Assembly: GCA_016196125.1 (NCBI GenBank)
Contig: JACPYG010000004.1
Location: 138 to 64,137 of the forward strand
Length of the DNA: 64,000 nucleotides
Direction of reading: 5' to 3'
Origin: Candidatus Staskawiczbacteria bacterium
GTDB taxonomy: Bacteria; Patescibacteriota; Minisyncoccia; Minisyncoccales; Staskawiczbacteraceae
Positions 59,891-64,000 of the stretch are shown here, one piece after another. How positions within the stretch are numbered: position 1 is the stretch's first letter; each line of letters begins with the position of its first letter. A program made the translations under genes and the position numbers. The notes beneath the pieces were generated by a model. It was not told where the DNA came from, did no database searches, and worked only from the letters and a program-made list of their open reading frames with translations.

Positions 59891-60544
59891 AAGGATCACT
59901 TGCGGAGTCTGCCCGAACCGCTCTTGGTAGAAACGGCCCATCATCTCATTGAAAAGTTGATCGGAACCGATTATCGTGACGTCGGACTGTAGCGCGAACG
60001 AGTCATATCCCTGCAAAAGTGGGTAGACCATTTCGTGCATGTAGATGTCGTCCTCATCAGTGAGGCGCTTCTGGAACATGTCCCGAGAGATCAGCCGAGC
60101 ATGAGTGACCATAGAAAGAAGCTTCAGGAACTCTCCTATCGCCATATTACCAAACCACTCCGAGTTTCGCCTGACCTCAAGCAATTCAGGATTATCGAAG
60201 CGAAGGACCATCTTGGCCTGCTCGATGAATTCCAGAGTGTTGCGCTCGATTTCTTCCTGCAGGATCACTGGCCTGGTCCTACTCTTGCCGGTAGGATCAC
60301 CAATTTGCGTGGTGAAATCGCCGATTAAGAAGATGACCTTGTGACCGTGGTCTTGGAGTAGTCGCATCATCCACAGATTGGCCGCGTGGCCAATGTGGAG
60401 GTACGGGGCCGTGACATCGACGCCGTATTTGATCCGCAGACGCTTGCCGCTACAGAGGAGATTATTCCATTCACTCATAGAAAAGACCTCTGCAGTTGTG
60501 CGACTGAACTTCATATGCAGATCTTCAATCTGCTGTGCGTTCAT
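59891..60544 (-). pseudogene. tyrS: Tyrosine--tRNA ligase, 3'-truncated by the IS fragment
   Basis: KYGVDVTAPYLHIGH, IGDPTGKS, YPLLQGYDS, GSDQLFN; ends before KMSKS. Confidence 0.88.
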
Positions 60545-60696
60545 TTTAATCTTCTCCTTTCTGGTCGTTGATTTAGGACACTATTTCTTCTGACTTTAAG
60601 CCTCTTTTTTTAGTGGACTATGGAATTTTCAAGTCTAAGAACAACCTTAGCGAACTGAACTTATATTAACATAACATGTTTAATTTATCAATGAAT

Positions 60697-60820
60697 TGTA
60701 ATGGTTCAATAGCTTTGCATCACCCTGTTGGTCTACAATGATATGTATATGCCATACACAACCAATCTGAATATGACCAGGGTAAGAATGCAAGCGGTAA
60801 TGCTTGTAAAACAAGGCTAT
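60697..60820 (+). mobile_element. Second, shorter IS481-like left-end fragment
   Basis: TGTAATGGTTCA…MPYTTNLNMTRVRMQAVMLVKQG, diverged from the 59467 copy. Confidence 0.7.
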
Positions 60821-60821
60821 C

Positions 60822-61028
60822 CCGAAGTTTGATGAGCCAATTCTTATACCTCCAAAAAAATACAAATTTGCTACAGACATAGTAATTTACGACAACAAAA
60901 TTGCTTACATGTCTCTAGAAAAGGGTGGGATAGCTATTATTATAGAAAGCAAAGAAATAGCAGATGTGATGAAAAGTGTTTTTGACTTAGCTTACGAAGA
61001 AGCAAAGAGGCTTAACAAAAAACTATAA
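60822..61028 (+). pseudogene. C-terminal fragment of a second TrmB-family gene
   Basis: PKFDEPILIPPKKYKFATDIVIYDNKI…VMKSVFDLAYEEAK aligns to the tail of 54860..55678. Confidence 0.75.
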
Positions 61029-61080
61029 TTTAAACATTTTCTTAAAGTTTTCAGCTATCTCCTGTCTTTTACCAGCCTCT

Positions 61081-61270
61081 TTATCTTCAATTTTTATAAC
61101 TAATTTATGATTATCAAATTCACGAAGTTTCCTAAAATCAAGTTTGTTCATATTTTCTTTAAATCTACATCATCTATACCATACCATAATTTTTTAGATT
61201 TTGGAAGGGCCCATCCTTTTTCTGCAAATTTTAAAACAACAGTAGTAGACCAGAACTCACTACATGGCAA
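61081..61270. repeat. Duplicate of the dehydrogenase 5' end and upstream region (gene remnant)
   Basis: Near-identical to 58201-58390. Confidence 0.92.
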
Positions 61271-61325
61271 ACAAAAAAGCGGTTTTACAGCCGCTCAATT
61301 GTTTCATTAAAACGTCAAAGAACAA

Positions 61326-61883
61326 TTATTTATAAGATTTTAACTTTGCAATAATATTTTTATATCCTTCTTTTTTCACAATTTCCCACGCTTGGTTGTA
61401 TGCATTCTTACTACGAGCAGCAATTTCTTTATCTTCCGAAAGCATTTTAACTAAACTGGCATCAAGACAAATTTGTTCCAAAATAGCATGCACTACAACA
61501 TGATGAGCTACTAGGTGCTCTTCTTTTTTCCATATCTTCCACGCACTTTTATGCCAGTCTACTTTCTTGGTATTATCAAACATGAGACGATGGACTAATT
61601 CATGTGCTAGTACACATATAAAACGTTGCGGTGTCATGCCACCGCCAATAATTAGAGGGTCAGATAATCCTCCTATCATATCCGGATTAACTACATAAAC
61701 ATCAATAATGTTTTGCGCAAAGTATAAGCCAGTGACATTTTGCATAGCTAAAAGTAAAACAGCCTCGTGCTTTTTCCAAGCAACAGTATATTCCTTGATT
61801 TCCTTTTTAGTTATGGGACGCATATTAAAACGCTCCTCAAAGAGGTAACTAGATTGAATGCGAATTGTAGGTAATGTATTCAT
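61326..61883 (-). CDS. HEXXH zincin-like protein
   Basis: LAHELVH and downstream HHVVVH; the longer ORF-track N-terminus is an overlap artefact. Confidence 0.7.
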   Translation of the reverse strand: MNTLPTIRIQSSYLFEERFNMRPITKKEIKEYTVAWKKHEAVLLLAMQNVTGLYFAQNIIDVYVVNPDMIGGLSDPLIIGGGMTPQRFICVLAHELVHRLMFDNTKKVDWHKSAWKIWKKEEHLVAHHVVVHAILEQICLDASLVKMLSEDKEIAARSKNAYNQAWEIVKKEGYKNIIAKLKSYK

Positions 61884-61926
61884 AAAGAGAAAAAGAGGGG
61901 AATCAATCCGTGATCCCCCATGAGAA

Positions 61927-62466
61927 CTACTTGCGACTACAACCAGTGCCACCGCCGTCCTGCTGCCCGCATTTGGATGCATGGATTTTGCGACTGCATC
62001 CCGTACCACCGCCATCGCTCTGACCGCATTTGGAAGCGACAGTGACAAGAGGAGACTCGCCGAAGTGCCGAATGAACCGTTCACAGGTGATCTGGAAAGA
62101 GTCAGCCAGATCTTGCGCATCCTGCTCATCACGCAACCCGAAGTACGGAAAGTGATGCAGGTAGCCACCGAAGATCTCCTGGCAGTCAGCGATGTAGGCA
62201 CGAGTGTCCAGGATGTGCGCATGCCAGATGGCATCGATCTGGTGCGTGGGCACGATGTCTTCGTGGGGGTAGATCGCGCAGAGAGTAAGGAAACGTTTGT
62301 ACCACAGTTCAGCTGTGACAGCTTCTTCCTGCGTCCAACCCTTACCTTCCTTCTCAAGAGGGAGACAGAGCTTCATCTTGACCATCGAAAGGTCAAGATC
62401 ATCAATCTTCTTGATCGATGCCTCGTGCTCAGCACGAGATTCGTCTAAGGGGAGAGTGTTTTGCAC
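61927..62466 (-). CDS. GRDP-like putative metalloprotein with two C-terminal 17-aa repeats
   Basis: YKRFL, IDAIWHAHILDT..Y, YLHHFPYFG, then ASKCGQ(S/Q)DGGGTGCSRK twice. Confidence 0.82.
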   Translation of the reverse strand: MQNTLPLDESRAEHEASIKKIDDLDLSMVKMKLCLPLEKEGKGWTQEEAVTAELWYKRFLTLCAIYPHEDIVPTHQIDAIWHAHILDTRAYIADCQEIFGGYLHHFPYFGLRDEQDAQDLADSFQITCERFIRHFGESPLVTVASKCGQSDGGGTGCSRKIHASKCGQQDGGGTGCSRK

Positions 62467-62643
62467 GACTCACTGCCTTTCTTCAAGAACAACGAGGATT
62501 ATCAAGGGCCATACAACATGTAAAGCTCTTTAATCCTTTAGTCCCCATACTACACTAACTAAAAAGTGCTGTCAATATTTACTTTTTAACCATTTCCTGC
62601 AAATTTTAAATCAAAAAAGCGGCTGTAAAGCCGCTTAATTGTT

Positions 62644-63777
62644 TTATGCCTCTTTTTCGCTCCACATTTTTAATTTATGCATACGTTTTACCAAGTGAGG
62701 GTGGGTTGAAAATACTTCTGATAGCCATGCAAAAAATCCTTTTTCTTCTTTTCCCTGCTTAATAAAAATATCCACATTTGCCATATTCCCCCACATCTTG
62801 CCTCCAGCAAGTTTTATTAAAGCCTTTTGGCCAACTTTTAATTCGGGCACTAATGCCAGCATAACTCTATCGGCCGAATATTCTCGGGCTCGAGATAGCG
62901 CTTTTCCTAAAAAAGGCGCGAATTGAGCCGGTAAAATTAATAAATTAATCCATCTTGTATGGCCCAATACATGATGTCCGATTTCGTGAGCCATTACTGC
63001 TTCTACCTGCTTAGTATCGCCAGATTCCATTAATGCTTCTGCCAAATCAGAATATATTACAATTACCCTTTTAAATATTAGTTTCGTGGCAAACGCGTTT
63101 AATATGCCATTTCCATTAATCACATATATATTGGGCGGAGTTCTCATGCCAATACTTTTTGAAAGCTTATTGGCCGCTTCCCACAAATTAGTAAATTGAT
63201 TATGCCCGATTTTAATTCCATTCATTCTGATATGCCCAAGCGATAAAAAGTGCGAAAAAAGAATAAATAATATTATCGCCAAAATGTATATTACAAAACC
63301 CAATGATGTCAAAATATTTAAAGCGATATTGTATGCCCGCCTTTCCGAAGGCATAAAACCTTCTTTTTCGTTCTCATTCAAATCCTCCCATCTAAGACAT
63401 GTTTCACCCTCTAAAAGTAATTCCGGGTTTAAAGCAATTACTCCATTTACTTCTTCATATCTGTAAAAACAAACTGGCTCAGAAAAACTTGCTTTTTCAG
63501 ATATAGTCAACTCATTCCAACCAAAACAACTTTGGCTTAAAAATCCATCAAATTCCTGCAATTTTGACCTATCTACCGCAAATACGCTGTTTAATTGATA
63601 GTCCGCTACAAAACAACTGGACATCAGATTTGGTTTTAAACTGTTATTGACTGTATAAACAATAAAAAACGCCAATCCGATAAAAATTAACCCGGAGGCC
63701 AAAATAGAAAGCATTAAATATACTTTTTCTTTTTTGGTTCTAAATTCCCCTGCTTTTATTGATTGTGTATCTTCCAT
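62644..63777 (-). CDS. M48-family (HtpX-like) membrane metallopeptidase
   Basis: LNAFA, AHEIGH, SRAREYSAD, FSTHP. Confidence 0.9.
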   Translation of the reverse strand: MEDTQSIKAGEFRTKKEKVYLMLSILASGLIFIGLAFFIVYTVNNSLKPNLMSSCFVADYQLNSVFAVDRSKLQEFDGFLSQSCFGWNELTISEKASFSEPVCFYRYEEVNGVIALNPELLLEGETCLRWEDLNENEKEGFMPSERRAYNIALNILTSLGFVIYILAIILFILFSHFLSLGHIRMNGIKIGHNQFTNLWEAANKLSKSIGMRTPPNIYVINGNGILNAFATKLIFKRVIVIYSDLAEALMESGDTKQVEAVMAHEIGHHVLGHTRWINLLILPAQFAPFLGKALSRAREYSADRVMLALVPELKVGQKALIKLAGGKMWGNMANVDIFIKQGKEEKGFFAWLSEVFSTHPHLVKRMHKLKMWSEKEA

Positions 63778-63896
63778 ATTTTAATAATTGATTGTTCATT
63801 GTACCACTTTCTGCAATTTGTTGAAAGTTTAGGAACAAAAAAGCGGTGTTACAGCCGATTATTAATTGTTTTTAATTATTATCTTTTGAATTCTGA

Positions 63897-63998
63897 CTAG
63901 AACATATATCCTACTGTTATACGAATTGAAGCCAATATTCCTAATCCTATTAAAAATATAGTAAGCGGAATCAATAATATATTCCAATAACCGAAACT
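63897..63998 (-). CDS. Possible C-terminus of a membrane protein (partial)
   Basis: SFGYWNILLIPLTIFLIGLGILASIRITVGYMF*. Confidence 0.35.
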   Translation of the reverse strand, partial: SFGYWNILLIPLTIFLIGLGILASIRITVGYMF

Positions 63999-64000
63999 TG

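Noticed and set aside
59462..59992. Intact 176-aa transposase
   Set aside because: Only the HTH region is IS-derived; the tail reads into antisense tyrS and there is no DDE domain.
61884..62357. Long N-terminal extension of the HEXXH ORF (343 aa in the track)
   Set aside because: It overlaps the GRDP-like gene in another frame; the plausible start is the ATG at 61883, after the hairpin.
41032..64000. Prophage or complete ICE downstream of tRNA-Trp
   Set aside because: No integrase, phage structural, relaxase or conjugation genes were recognised, and no duplicate of the tRNA 3' end was seen in the window.

Overview
AT-rich bacterial chromosome segment using genetic code 11. It looks like Patescibacteria/CPR (Parcubacteria-like); this is inferred from gene style, the single-chain PheRS, the type IV pilus operon, mostly SD-less core genes and palindromic inserts in coding frames. 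Positions 1-41 kb are mostly core: two tandem Cys-rich repeat surface proteins, rnhB, dnaE, thrS, miaA, gatB, a thymidylate cluster (folA, thyA, tmk, dCMP deaminase), secE-nusG-rplK, a DEAD-box helicase, a type II R-M pair, gyrB, PheRS, a pilus operon and tRNA-Trp. Positions 41-64 kb are a mosaic accessory region. Main observations: (1) a family of short inverted-repeat elements with TNAA flanking direct repeats at gene starts and in reading frames, one of which carries a GIY-YIG nuclease; (2) GRDP-like putative metalloproteins, one ending in two 17-aa repeats that differ almost only at synonymous sites and flanked by two HEXXH proteins (RiPP-like); (3) an amino-acid dehydrogenase / PaaK-like ligase / nitroreductase / ThiF / 7TM histidine kinase set resembling a signal-synthesis-and-sensing locus; (4) four extra copies of the kinase 3' end bracketing cargo genes; (5) a probable Trp T-box ahead of a ligase-deacylase pair, next to a UGA-interrupted trpS; (6) boxA-like motifs, usually with an SD, in the leaders of accessory genes. 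All family assignments come from motif recognition by eye; no database searches were run.
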